A stretch of DNA of 64,000 bases from assembly GCF_963921235.1 (NCBI RefSeq), contig NC_086098.1, positions 1,240,001 through 1,304,000 of the forward strand. The letters run 5' to 3'. A program made the translations under genes and the position numbers. Source of the DNA: Mobula hypostoma (taxonomy: Eukaryota). Shown in pieces: positions 15,101 to 26,139 of the stretch; the stretch's first letter is position 1, and every line of letters starts with the position of its first letter. Under the pieces are notes generated by a model, which was given only the letters and a program-made list of their open reading frames with translations, had not been told where the DNA came from and ran no database searches.

Positions 15101-16060
15101 CTCTGTACACACACTCTCTACACACGTACCCTCTCCGTGCACACTCTCTACACATGTACCGTCTCCGTACACACTCTCTACACAGGTACCTTCTCCGTAC
15201 ACGCTCTCTACACAGATACCCTCTCCGTACACGCTCTCTCTGCACACGTTCCCTCTCCGTACACACTCTCTCTATACACGTACCCTCTCCGTACACGCTC
15301 TCTCTACTCATGTACCCTCCCCGTACACGATCTCTCTACACACGTTTCCTCTCCGTACACGCTCTCTCTACATACGTACCTGCTCTCTCTACATACGTAC
15401 CCTCTCCGTACACACTCTCTCTACACATGTTCCCTCTCTGTACACGCTCTTCCCCCTCCATACACACTCTCTCTACCCATCTACCCTCTCCGTACACGCT
15501 CTCTCTACACACGTTCCCTCTCTGTACATGCTCTCGCTACACACATTCCCTCTCCGTACACACTCTCTCTCTACACATCTACCCACTCCGTACACGCTCT
15601 CTCTACACACGTTCCCTCTCTGTACATGTTCTCTCATCACATGTACCCTCTCCGCACACGCTCCCTCTACACACGTTCCCTCTCCGCACACGCTCTCTCT
15701 ACACACGTTCCTTCTCCATACTCGCTCTATCTACATACGTTCCCTCTCCGTACACGCTCCCTCTCTACACACGTTCTCTCTCCGTACATGCTCTCTCTAC
15801 ATACCTTCCCTCTCCGTACACTCTCTCTCTCTACACATGTATCCTCTCTCTGCACTCTCTCTCTACATACGTTCCCTCTCCATACACGCTCCCTCTACAT
15901 ACGTTCCCTCTCCGTACATGCTCTCTCTACACACGTACCCTCTCCGTACACTCTCTCTCTACACACGTACGCTCTCCGTACACGCTCTCTCTACATACGT
16001 TCCCTCTCCGTATACGCTCCCTCTCTACACACGTATCCTCTCTGTGCACTCTCTATCTAC
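15101..16060. repeat. Second tandem array, 30-34-bp unit related to the main minisatellite
   Basis: The unit is approximately ACACGT(T/A)CCCTCTCCGTACACGCTCTCT(CT)AC. It shares the core CCCTCTCCGTACAC with the 30-bp array. Confidence 0.9.
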
Positions 16061-16061
16061 C

Positions 16062-17380
16062 TATCTCGTCTGGTCTCGGTGACTTATCCAACTTGATGCT
16101 TTGGAAAAGCTCCAGCACATCCTCTTTCTTAATATCTGCATGCTCAAGCTTTTCAGTCTGCTGCAAGTCATCCCTACAATCACCAAGATCCTTTTCCATA
16201 GTGGATACTGAAGTAAAGTACACGTTAAGTATCTCCGCTATCTCCTCCGGTTCCATACACACTTTCCCACTGTCACACTTGATTGGTCTTATTCTCTTAC
16301 GTCTTATCCTCTTGCTCTTCACATACTTGTAGAATGCCTTGTGGTTTTCTTTAATCCTGTTCGCCAAGACCTTTGCACTGCCCCTTCTGGCTTTCCTATC
16401 TCTTTCTTGAGCTCCTTCCTGCCAGCCTTATAATCTTCTAGCTCTCTATCATCACCTATCTTTTTAAACCTTTCGTAAGCTCTTCTTTTCTTCTTGACTA
16501 GATTTACAACAGCCTTTGTACACCACAGTTCCTGTACCCTTTACCTGTCCTTTTATCCTTTACCTGTCTCATTGTAACGTACCTATGCAGAACTCCAAGC
16601 AAATATCCCCTGAACATTTGTCAAATTTCTACCGTACGTTTCTCTGAGAACATCTGTTTTCAATGTATGCTTTCAAGTCCCTTCTTGATAGCTTCATATT
16701 TCCCCTTACTCCAATTAAATGCTTTCCTAACTTGTCTGTTCCTATCCCTCTCCAATGCTATGGTAAAGGAGATAGAGTTGTGATCACTATCTCCAAAATG
16801 CTCTCCCACTGAGAGATCTAACGCCTGACCAGGTTCATTTCTCAATACCAGATCAAGTACAGCCTCTCCTCTTGTAGACTTATCTACATATAGTGTCAAG
16901 AAACCTTCCTGAACACATCTAACAAACTCTACCCCATCTAAATCCCTCGCTCTCAGGAGATGCCAATTGATATCTGGGAAATTAAAATCTCCCACCACAA
17001 CAACCCTGTTATTATTACACCTTTCCAGAATCCGTCTCCCTATTTGCTCCTTGATGTCCTTGTTACTATTGGGTGCTCTATAAAAAACACCCAGTAGAGT
17101 TATTGACCCCTTCCTGTTCCTAACTTCCACCCACAGAGACTCCGTAGAGAAACCTTCCATGACCTCCTCCTTTTCTACGGCCGTGACACTATCTCTGATG
17201 AATAGTGACATGCCCCCAACTCTTTTGCCTCCTTCCCTGTCCGTTCTGAAACATCTATAGCCTGGCACTTCAAGTAACTATTTCTGCCCCTGAGCCATCC
17301 AAGTCTCTCTAATGGCCACAACATCCTAGTTCCAAGTACTGATCCATACCCTAAGCTCATCCGCTTTGTTCACAATACTC
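16062..17380 (-). mobile_element. CR1 LINE copy A, endonuclease/linker part (3'-broken, split by copy B)
   Basis: Frameshifted ORF2 pieces include APE endonuclease motifs (GDFN, GDSDHN) and the linker ending KSPRPD. The segment begins at ...SIVNKADELR. Confidence 0.9.
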
Positions 17381-19536
17381 CATAGAAACCATAGAAACTA
17401 CAGCACAGAAACAGGCCTTTTGGCCCTTCTTGGCTGTGCCGAACCATTTTCTGCCTAGTCCCACTGACCTGCACATGGACCATATCCCTCCATACACCTC
17501 CCATCCATGTATCTGTCCAATTTATTCTTAGATGTTAAAAAAGAACCGGCACTCCACTCAGAGAAGCGATTCTCTACCACCATTCTCTGGCTTCTTCCAT
17601 CGAGCCAATGTCTAATCCAATTTACCACCTCTCCATGTATACCTAGCGATTGAATTTTCCTAACTAACCTCCCATGCGGGACCTTGTCAAAGGCCTTACT
17701 GAAGTCCATGTAGACAATATCCACTGCCTTCCCTTCATCCACTTTCCTGGTAACCTCCTCGAAAAACTCCAACAGATTGGTCAAACATGACCTACCACAC
17801 ACAAAGCCATGTTGACTCTCCCTAATAAGCCCCTGTCTATCCAAATGCTTGTAGATTCTATCTCTTAGTACTCCCTCCAATAACTTACCTACTACTGACG
17901 TTAAACTCACCGGCCTATAATTTCCCGGATTACTTTTCGATCCTTTTTTAAACAACGGAACAACATGAGCCACTCTCCAATCCTCCGGCACTTCACCCGT
18001 AGACAGCGACATTTTAAATATTTCTGCCAGGGCCCTCGCAATTTCAACACTAGTCTCCTTCAAGGTACGAGGGAACACTCTGTCAGGTCCCGGGGATTTA
18101 TCCACTTTAATTTTCCTCAAGACAGCAAGTACATCCTCCTTTTCAATCTGTACAGTTTCCATGGTCTCACTACTTGATTCCCTCAATTCCATAGATTTCA
18201 TGCCAGCTTCCTTAGTAAATACAGACGCAAAAAACCTATTTAAGATCTCCCTCATTTCCTTTGGTTCTGCACAAAGCTGACCACTCTGATCTTCAAGAGG
18301 ACCAATTTTATCCCTTACAATTCTTTTGCTCTTAATATACTTGTAAAAGCTCTTTAGATTATCCTTCACCTTGACTGCCAAGGCAACCTCATGTCTTCTT
18401 TTAGCCCTCCTGATTTCTTTCTTAAGTATTTTCTTGCACTTCTTATACTCCTCAAGCACCTGATTTACCCCATTTCCTATACATTTCATACAACTCCCTC
18501 TTCTTCTTTATCAGAGTTGCAATATCCCTTGAGAACCAAGGTTCCTTATTCCTATTCAATTTGCCTTTAATCCTGACAGGAACATACAAACTCTGCACTC
18601 TCAAAATTTCCCCTTTGAAGACTTCCTACCTACCAATCACATCTTGGCCAGAGAACAACCTGTCCCAATCCACACTTTTTAGATCCTTTCTCATATCTTC
18701 AAATTTGGCCTTCTTCCAGTTCAGAACCTCAACCCTAGGACCAGATCAATCCTTGTCCATGATCAAATTGAAACTAATGGTGTTATGATCACTGGAACCA
18801 AAGTGCTCCCCTACACAGACTTCTGTCACTTGCCCTAATTCGTTTCCTAACAGGAGATCCAATATTGCATCCCCTCTAGTTGGTCCCTCTATATATTGAT
18901 TTAGAAAACTTTCCTGAACACATTTTACAAACTCTAAACCATCTAGACCCCTAACAGTATGGGAGTCCCAATCAATGTATGGAAAATTAAAATCCCCTAC
19001 CACCACAACTTTATGTTTCCTGCAGTCGCCTGCTATCTCTCTGCAGATTTGCTCTTCCAATTCTCGTTGACTATTGGGTGGTCTGTAATACAATCCCACT
19101 AATGTGGCCATACCTTTCCTGTTTCTCAGCTCCACCCATAAGGACTCAGTAGACAAGCCCTCTAATCTGTCCTGTCTGAGCACTGCTGTAATATTTTCCC
19201 TAACAAGCAATGCTACTCCCCCACCTTTCATTCCTCTGCCTCGATCACATCTGAAACATCGGAACCCTGGACTATTAAGCTGCCACTCCTGCCCCTCCTG
19301 TAGCCAAGTTTCACTAATTGCTACAACGTCATAATTCCACATGTCAATCCACGCCCTCAACTCATCCGCCTTCCCCGCAATACTCCTAGCATTGAAATAT
19401 ATACACCTCAGAAGATTTTTACCACCACTCACAACCTTTCTATCAGCAGATTTGCTTAAACTTTCAACATCATTTATTTTCACCCCAGCCACACTGTCAG
19501 CTCTGGCACTCTGGTTCCCATCCCCCTGCAAATCTA
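17381..19536 (-). mobile_element. CR1 LINE copy B, 5'-truncated, nested in copy A, with a ~0.85-kb internal RT deletion
   Basis: The 3' microsatellite tail (CATAGAAACCATAGAAAC on +) is at 17381. There is an EN ORF (18746-19546) and an RT ORF (17455-18489; NYRPVSLTS, DFSKAFDKV) that jumps from FSEW to the C-terminus near 17552. Confidence 0.92.
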
Positions 19537-20680
19537 ATATAGACACACTTCAAACCATCAGTCTGAACGCGTCCCTTCTCTATCACCTGCCTATCCTCCC
19601 TCACACACTGTCTCCAGGCTTTCTTTATTTGTGAGCCAACAGCCACTTCCCCAGTCTCTTCAGTTCGGTTCCCACCCCCCAACAATTCTAGTTTAAACTC
19701 TCCCCGATGGCCTTAGCAAACCTCCCCGCCAGGATATTGGTCCCTGTGGGATTCATGTGCAACCTGTCCTTTTTGTACAGGTCAACCTGCCCCAAAAGAG
19801 GTCCCAATGATCCAGGAATCTGAATCCCTGCCCCCTGCTCCAATCCCTCAGCCACGCACTTACCCTCCACCTCACTTTTTTCCTGTACTTACTGTCATGT
19901 GGCACAGGCAGTAATCCAGAGATCACTACCTTTGAGGTCCTGCTTCTCAACTTCCTTCCTAACTCCCTGTTGTTTGTTTTCAGGACCTCCTCCCTTTTCC
20001 CAGCTATGTAGTTGGTACCAATATGTACCACAACCTCTGGCTGTTCACCTTCCCACTTCAGGATATCTTGGACGTGATCAGAAACATCCCAGACCCTGGC
20101 ACCTGGGAGGCAAACTATCATCCATGCTTCTTTCCAGGGTCCACAGAATTGCCTGTCTGACCCCCTAACTATGGAGTCCCCTATCACTACTGACATCCTT
20201 TTCCTTTCCCTACCTTTCTGAGCCACAGGGCCAGACTCTGTGCCAGAGACACAGCCACTGTTGCTTCCCCCAGGTAAACTGTCCCTCCCAAAAGTACTCA
20301 AACAGGAGTACTTATTGTCAAGGGGTACAGCCACAGGGGTACTCTCTAGCCTCTGACTCCTGCCCTTCCCTCTCCTGACTGTTACATATTTATCTGTCTC
20401 TCCAGGCCCCGGTGTGACTACCTGCCTGTAGCTCCTCTCTATCACCTCCTCACTCTCCCTGACCAGACGAAGTTCAGGCAACCTATCTTGCCTCGACCCG
20501 TTAACACCTAAGTCCCGTTGAGTCAAAGCCTTCCTACTCTGTCTCTCTCTACTCTGTTGCCCGCTCCTCCGCTGACACCCGTTCTTTAAGGCTGTCTCCT
20601 TTTAAGCTCTTCTCGCTGTTTTCGCTGGCTGACATCCACGCGCTTGCACAGTCGTTCCTCGATCAAACTTCTAAAGAAAT
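19537..20680 (-). mobile_element. CR1 LINE copy A, 5' part: ORF1 (SGNH-esterase-like) and ORF1/ORF2 junction
   Basis: ORF1 motifs VIGDSIV, CLPGARV, VHIGTN, ISGLLP and DRLHMN are present. ORF1 stops at 19688-19690 and the ORF2 frame reads ...DGLKCVY. Confidence 0.88.
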
Positions 20681-20683
20681 AAC

Positions 20684-20930
20684 CAAGAAATTTACAAGGA
20701 TGTTGCCTGGATTGGCAAGCATGCTTTATGAGAATAGGTTGAGTGAACTTGGCCTTTATCTTTCACGGCGGAGAATGAGACATGACCTGATAGAGGTGTA
20801 CGAGATGATGAGAGGCATGAGTCATGTGGATAGTCAGAGACTTTTTTCCAGGGCTCAACTAGTTAGCATGATAGTTTTAAGGTGCTTGGAAAGAGGTACA
20901 GAGGAGATATCATGGTAAGTTTTTTTTAAA
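20684..20930 (+). mobile_element. CR1 copy D, 3'-region fragment (first half)
   Basis: Translates FTRMLPGL...ENRLSELGL. It ends in GGTAAGTTTTTTTT, where copy C is inserted. Confidence 0.8.
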
Positions 20931-22456
20931 TAAATAGTGGATGCATTAGTGATAATTTTTCAAAACTCGTTAGATTCTGGACTAGTTCCTGAGGATTGGA
21001 GGGTGGCTAATGTAACTCCACTTTTTAAAAAAGGAGGGAGAGAGAAACCGGGGAATTATAGACCGGTTAGCCTAACGTCGGTGGTGGGGAAGCTGCTGGA
21101 GTCAGTTATCAAGGATGTGATAACAGCTCATTTGGAAAGCGGTGAAATGATCGGACAAAGTCAGCATGGATTTGTGAAAGGAAAATTATGTCTGACGAAT
21201 CTCATAGAATTTTTTGAGGATGTAACTAGTAGGGTGGATAGGGGAGAACCAGTGGATGTGGTATATTTGGATTTTCAAAAGGCTTTTGACAAGGTCCCAC
21301 ACAGGAGATTAGTGTGCAAACTTAAAGCACATGGTATTGGGGGTAAGGTATTGGTGTGGGTGGAGAATTGGTTAGCAGACAGGAAGCAAAGAGTGGGAAT
21401 AAACGGGACCTTTTCAGAATGGCAGGCGGTGACTAGTGGGGTACCGCAAGGCTCAGTGCTGGGACCCCAGTTGTTTACAATATATATTAATGACTTGGAT
21501 GAGGGAATTAAATGCAGCATCTCCAAGTTTGCGGATGACACGAAGCTGGGTGGCAGTGTTAGCTGTGAAGAGGATGCTAAGAGGATGCAGGGTGACTTGG
21601 ATAGGTTGGGTGAGTGGGCAAATTCATGGCAGATGCAATTTAATGTGGATAAATGTGAAGTTATCCACTTTGGTGGCAAAAATAGGAAAACAGATTATTA
21701 TCTGAATGGTGGCCGATTAGGAAAAGGGGAGGTGCAACGAGACCTGGGTGTCATTATACACCAGTCATTGAAAGTGGGCATGCAGGTACAGCAGGCGGTG
21801 AAAAAAGCGAATGGTATGCTGGCATTTATAGCGAGAGAATTCGAGTACAGGAGCAGGGAGGTACTACTGCAGTTGTACAAGGCCTTGGTGAGACCACACC
21901 TGGAGTATTGTGTGCAGTTTTGGTCCCCTAATCTGAGGAAAGACATCCTTGCCATAGAGCGAGTACAAAGAAGGTTCACCAGATTGATTCCTGGGATGGC
22001 AGGACTTTCATATGAAGAAAGACTGGATGAACTGGGCTTGTACTCGTTGGAATTTAGAAGATTGAGGGGGGATCTGATTGAAATAAGATCCTAAAGGGAT
22101 TGGACAGGCTAGATGCAGGAAGATTGTTCCCGATGTTGGGGAAGTCCAAAACGAGGGGCCACAGTTTGAGGATAGAGGGGAAGCCTTTTAGGACCGAGAT
22201 TAGGAAAAACTTCTTCACACAGAGAGAGGTGAATCTGTGGAATTCTCTGCCACAGGTAACAGTTGAGGCCAGTTCATTGGCTATATTTAAGAGGGAGTTA
22301 GATATGGCCCTTGTGGCTACGAGGGTCAGGGGGTATGGAGGGAAGGCTGGGGCGGGGTTCTGAGTTGGAGGATCAGCCATGATCATAATAAATGGCGGTG
22401 CAGGCTCGAAGGGCCGAATGGCCTACTCCTGCACCTATTTTCTATGTTTCTATGTT
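20931..22456 (+). mobile_element. CR1 copy C, 5'-truncated, RT domain plus 3' UTR and tail
   Basis: ORF 20937-22094 has GVPQGSVLGP and KFADD. The tail TTTCTATGTTTCTATGTT ends at ~22456. Confidence 0.93.
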
Positions 22457-22684
22457 AACGCAGAGAGTGGTGAATGTGTGGAATGGGCTGCCAGTGACGG
22501 TGGTGGAGCCGGATATGACAGGGTTTTTTTAACCCTGGACTCCTGGATAGGTACATGGAGCTTAGAAAAATAGAGGGCTAAGGGTGATCCCAGATAATTT
22601 CTAAACTAAGTGCATGTTCAGCACAGCATTGTGGGCAGATGGGCCTGTATTGTGCTATAGGTTTTCTATGTTTCTACGTTTCTA
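22457..22684 (+). mobile_element. CR1 copy D, 3' end (second half)
   Basis: Resumes with ACGCAGAGAGTGGTG, continuing the sequence broken at 20930. Tail is TTTCTATGTTTCTACGTTTCTA. Confidence 0.8.
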
Positions 22685-25140
22685 AAACACTCATTTAGTT
22701 CATCTGACATCTCCTTGTCCTCTGTTATTATTTCTCCTGTCTCAATTTCTAGTGGTCCTATATCCACTCTCATTTCTCTTTTATTTTTAACATACTTGAA
22801 AAAACTTCTACTATCAGCTTTGACCTTATTTGCTAGCTTGCTTTCATATTTCATCTTTTCCCTTCTAATAATTTTCTTTTAGTTGCTCTCTGTAGGTTTT
22901 TTAAAAAACTTCCCAATTCTGTATCTTCCCACTGATTGTTGATTTGTTGTCTGCCCTTTCTTTTGCTTTTACAATGGCTTTGACTTCCCTTGTTAGCCAC
23001 GGTTGTACTACTTTACCATTTGAGTATCTCTTCATTTTTGAAATATATATATCCTGCACCTTCCTCATTTTTCCCAGAAACATCCCTGCCAGCAGCTCCT
23101 TCCAATTTATTTTGGCCAACTCCTCTCTCATCCCACTGTGCTTGGAACGCTCATTCCCTTACTCCACTGAAATACTGCTATGTTGACTTTACTTTCTCCC
23201 TATCAAATTTCAAGTTGAACATAATCATATTGTGATCACTGGTTCCTCAGGGTTCTTTTACCTTAATCTCCCTAACTGCCTCCAGTTCATTACGTAACAC
23301 CCAATCCAGTACAGCTGATACAGTATAGGCTCAATGATAAACTGCTCTAAAAAGCTATCTCTTACTCATTCAACAAACTCACTCGCTTGAGATGCATTAC
23401 CAAACTGATTTTCCCAACCGATCTGCATGTTAAAATCTTCCATGACTACCATAACATTGCCCTTTTGACTCACCTTTTCTATTTCCTGTTCTAATCTGCA
23501 GTCCAGCTCCCAGCCACCGTTGGGAAGCATGTATATAACTACCATCAACGTCCTTTTACCCTTGCAGTTTCTTAACTCAACCCACAAGGATTCAACATCT
23601 TCCAATCCTATGTCACATCTTTCTACTGATTTGATGCCATTCTTTACCAGTAGAGCCACACCACCCCCTCTGCCTACCTTCCTATCCCTCCAATATAACG
23701 TGTAACCTTGGACATTCAGCTCCCAGCTACAACCATCCTTCAGTCACGATTCAGTGATGGTCACAACCTCATATCTGGCAATTTGTAACACTGCAACAAG
23801 ATTATCCACCTTATTTCTTATACTACGCATATTTAGATAGAACACCTTTAGCACCATATTTGCTATCCTTTCTGATTTTGCATCCCTGATGATTTGATAC
23901 TCAGCCTGTTGGATGCAACTAAGTCCCATCACCTGCCTGCCCTTCCTGACAGTCTGACTGCACGCTATCTTTACTCTTTTACCATCTGTCCTATCCTGAG
24001 TCCCTTCACTCCAGTTCCCACCCCCCTGCATAATTAGTTCAAACCATCCCCAACAGCTCTAACAAACCTGCCCATTTGAATATTGGACCCCCTCAGGTTC
24101 AGGTGCAATGCATCACTTTTGAAGAGGTCATGCAATCCCAATTATCCAAGAATCTGAAGTCCTGCCCCTGCACCAGCTTCTTAGCCATGCATTAATCTGC
24201 TAAGTCATCCTGTTGCTATCATCACTGCCTCGTGGTACAGACAGCAATCCTGAAATTACTACCCGAGAGGTTCTGCCTCTCAGCTTTCACCCAGCTCTCT
24301 AAGTTCTCTTTTCAGGACCTCTTTGCTTTTCCTTCCTATGTCATTAGTACCAATATGTATCAAAATATCTGGCTGCCCCACCTCCCTCTCTGAAATGTAG
24401 TGGACGTGATCTGAGACATCCCTGACCCTGGCACCCGGGAGGCAACATACCATCCGGGTGTCCCATTCACATCCACAGAATCTCCTGTCTGTTCCCCTCA
24501 CTATTGAGTCCTCCATCACTACTGCTCCTCTCTTCTCTCTCGTTCCATTCTGCACCACGGACCCATGCTCAGTTCCTGCAACCCGGTCACCGTAGAATTC
24601 TCCCGGGAGGTCATCCCCAACAAAAGTACCCAAAGCGATATACTTGTTTTTGAGGGGAATGGCCACAGGGCTGCTCTGCTCTAACTGCCTATTTCCATTT
24701 CTCTTGATGGTCACCCAGCTACTCACCTCCTGCAACTTTGGGGTGACTACTTCTCTGTAACTTCGATCAATTATATCCTCGCTCTCCCGTACAAGCCGAA
24801 GGTCATCCAGCTGCTGCTCCAGATCCCTAACACGGTCTTCAAGGAGCTGCAGCCGGATGCACTTCACGCAGATGTAGTTCCCCGGGAGACTGTGGGTCTC
24901 CCAGTTCTCCAACATCCAGCACGAAGAACACACCACAGCCGTTTAAATGTTACAGTAAGAGAGAAAAAAAGATCAAAAAGGAAACCTCAACAGAAGCTTT
25001 ACACAGAGCCGACACCCCTTTTGAGCCAAAGCCTGTCATTTCTAGTCTTGCCACTGGTCTACTCCCAACAATGTCTGCTCTGCTTATCCCTTCTGTACTT
25101 TTATTTAGTTCGTAGAGCTCTGTTGATGCTGCTGATAGGC
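22685..25140 (-). mobile_element. CR1 copy E, 5' half: ORF1 (Cys-rich N-terminus, coiled coil, esterase), EN domain, linker
   Basis: ORF 24280-24936 reads CSSC...CVKC, then LEDRVRDLEQQL, CLPGARV and HIGTND. Degraded EN ORFs lie at 23366-24031. Confidence 0.88.
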
Positions 25141-25174
25141 CCCAGTGAAAGGAATGGGAAAGGGTAGGTGTCCA

Positions 25175-25727
25175 GTATGTTGTGCTATTAGTTTCAAAGT
25201 AAATATGGAAAAATATATGTCTGGTCCATAGGTTGAGATTCTAAATAGGAGAAAGGCCAAATTAATGGCATTGGAAAGTACCTGGCAAGAATGGAGTTGG
25301 GACTGGCTGCTTTCTGACAAAAGTGTCCTTGATAAGTGGGAGGACTTGAAAAGTCAAATTTTCAGAGTACAAAGCTTGCATGTACCTATCAGAATAAAAG
25401 GTAAACATAACAAGTTTGTGGAATCTTGCTTTTCAAGAGATGTTAAGGCCCTGTTTAAGAGTGAAAAAGGTGTGTAGCAGGTGTAAGCAGTAGGAATAAA
25501 TGAGGTATTTATGGAGTATGAGAACTGTAAGAGAAGACTTAAGAAAGAAATCAGGAGGGCTACAAGCAGGCATGAGGTCACCTAAGCAGACAAGGTGAAG
25601 GAGAATCATAAGGAATTGGAAAATTGTGAATGCCATTCCACTCCTCAAGAAGGGAGAAAGGCAGAAGGAAACTATAGGCCAGTTAGTCTGACCTCAGTGG
25701 TTGGAAAGATGTTGGAGTCGATTATTA
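25175..25727 (+). mobile_element. Degraded CR1 ORF2 fragments
   Basis: Linker-like translation (WEDLKSQIFRVQSLHVPIRIKGK) and an NYRPVSLTSVVGKMLES-encoding stretch. Confidence 0.7.
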
Positions 25728-26139
25728 ACCATATAACAATTACAGCACAGAAATAGGCCATCTCGGCCCTTCTAGTCCGTGCCGAACTCCTACTCTCACC
25801 TAGTCCCACTGACCTGCACTCGGTCCATAACCCTCTATTCTCTTCCTGTCCATATACCTATCCAGTTTAACTTTAAACGACAACATCGAAGCTGCCTCAA
25901 CCACTTCTGCTGGAAGCTCGTTCCACACAGCCACCACTCTCTGAGTAAAGAAGTTTCCCCTCATGTTACCCCTAACTTTTGCCCTTTAACTCTCAACTCA
26001 TGTCCTCTTGTTTGAATCTCCCCCACTCTCAATGGAAAAAGCCTATCCACGTCAACTCTATCTATCCCCCTCATAATTTGAAATACCTCTATCAAATCCT
26101 CCCTCAACCTTCTACGTTCCAAAGAATAAAAACCCAATT
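25728..26139 (-). mobile_element. CR1 copy G, 3' end
   Basis: Translates KLGFYSLERRRLREDLIEVFQ... and is followed by a 3' UTR. It continues the RLNK break at 28523. Confidence 0.82.

Noticed and set aside
352..16332. Dozens of long repetitive ORFs (HSQYPPTLSV, RVYGEGRWVL, etc.) as a mucin-like or structural protein gene
   Set aside because: They arise because the 30-bp unit is stop-free in several frames on both strands. Frequent 29-bp units shift the frame, and there is no consistent coding frame or unique domain.
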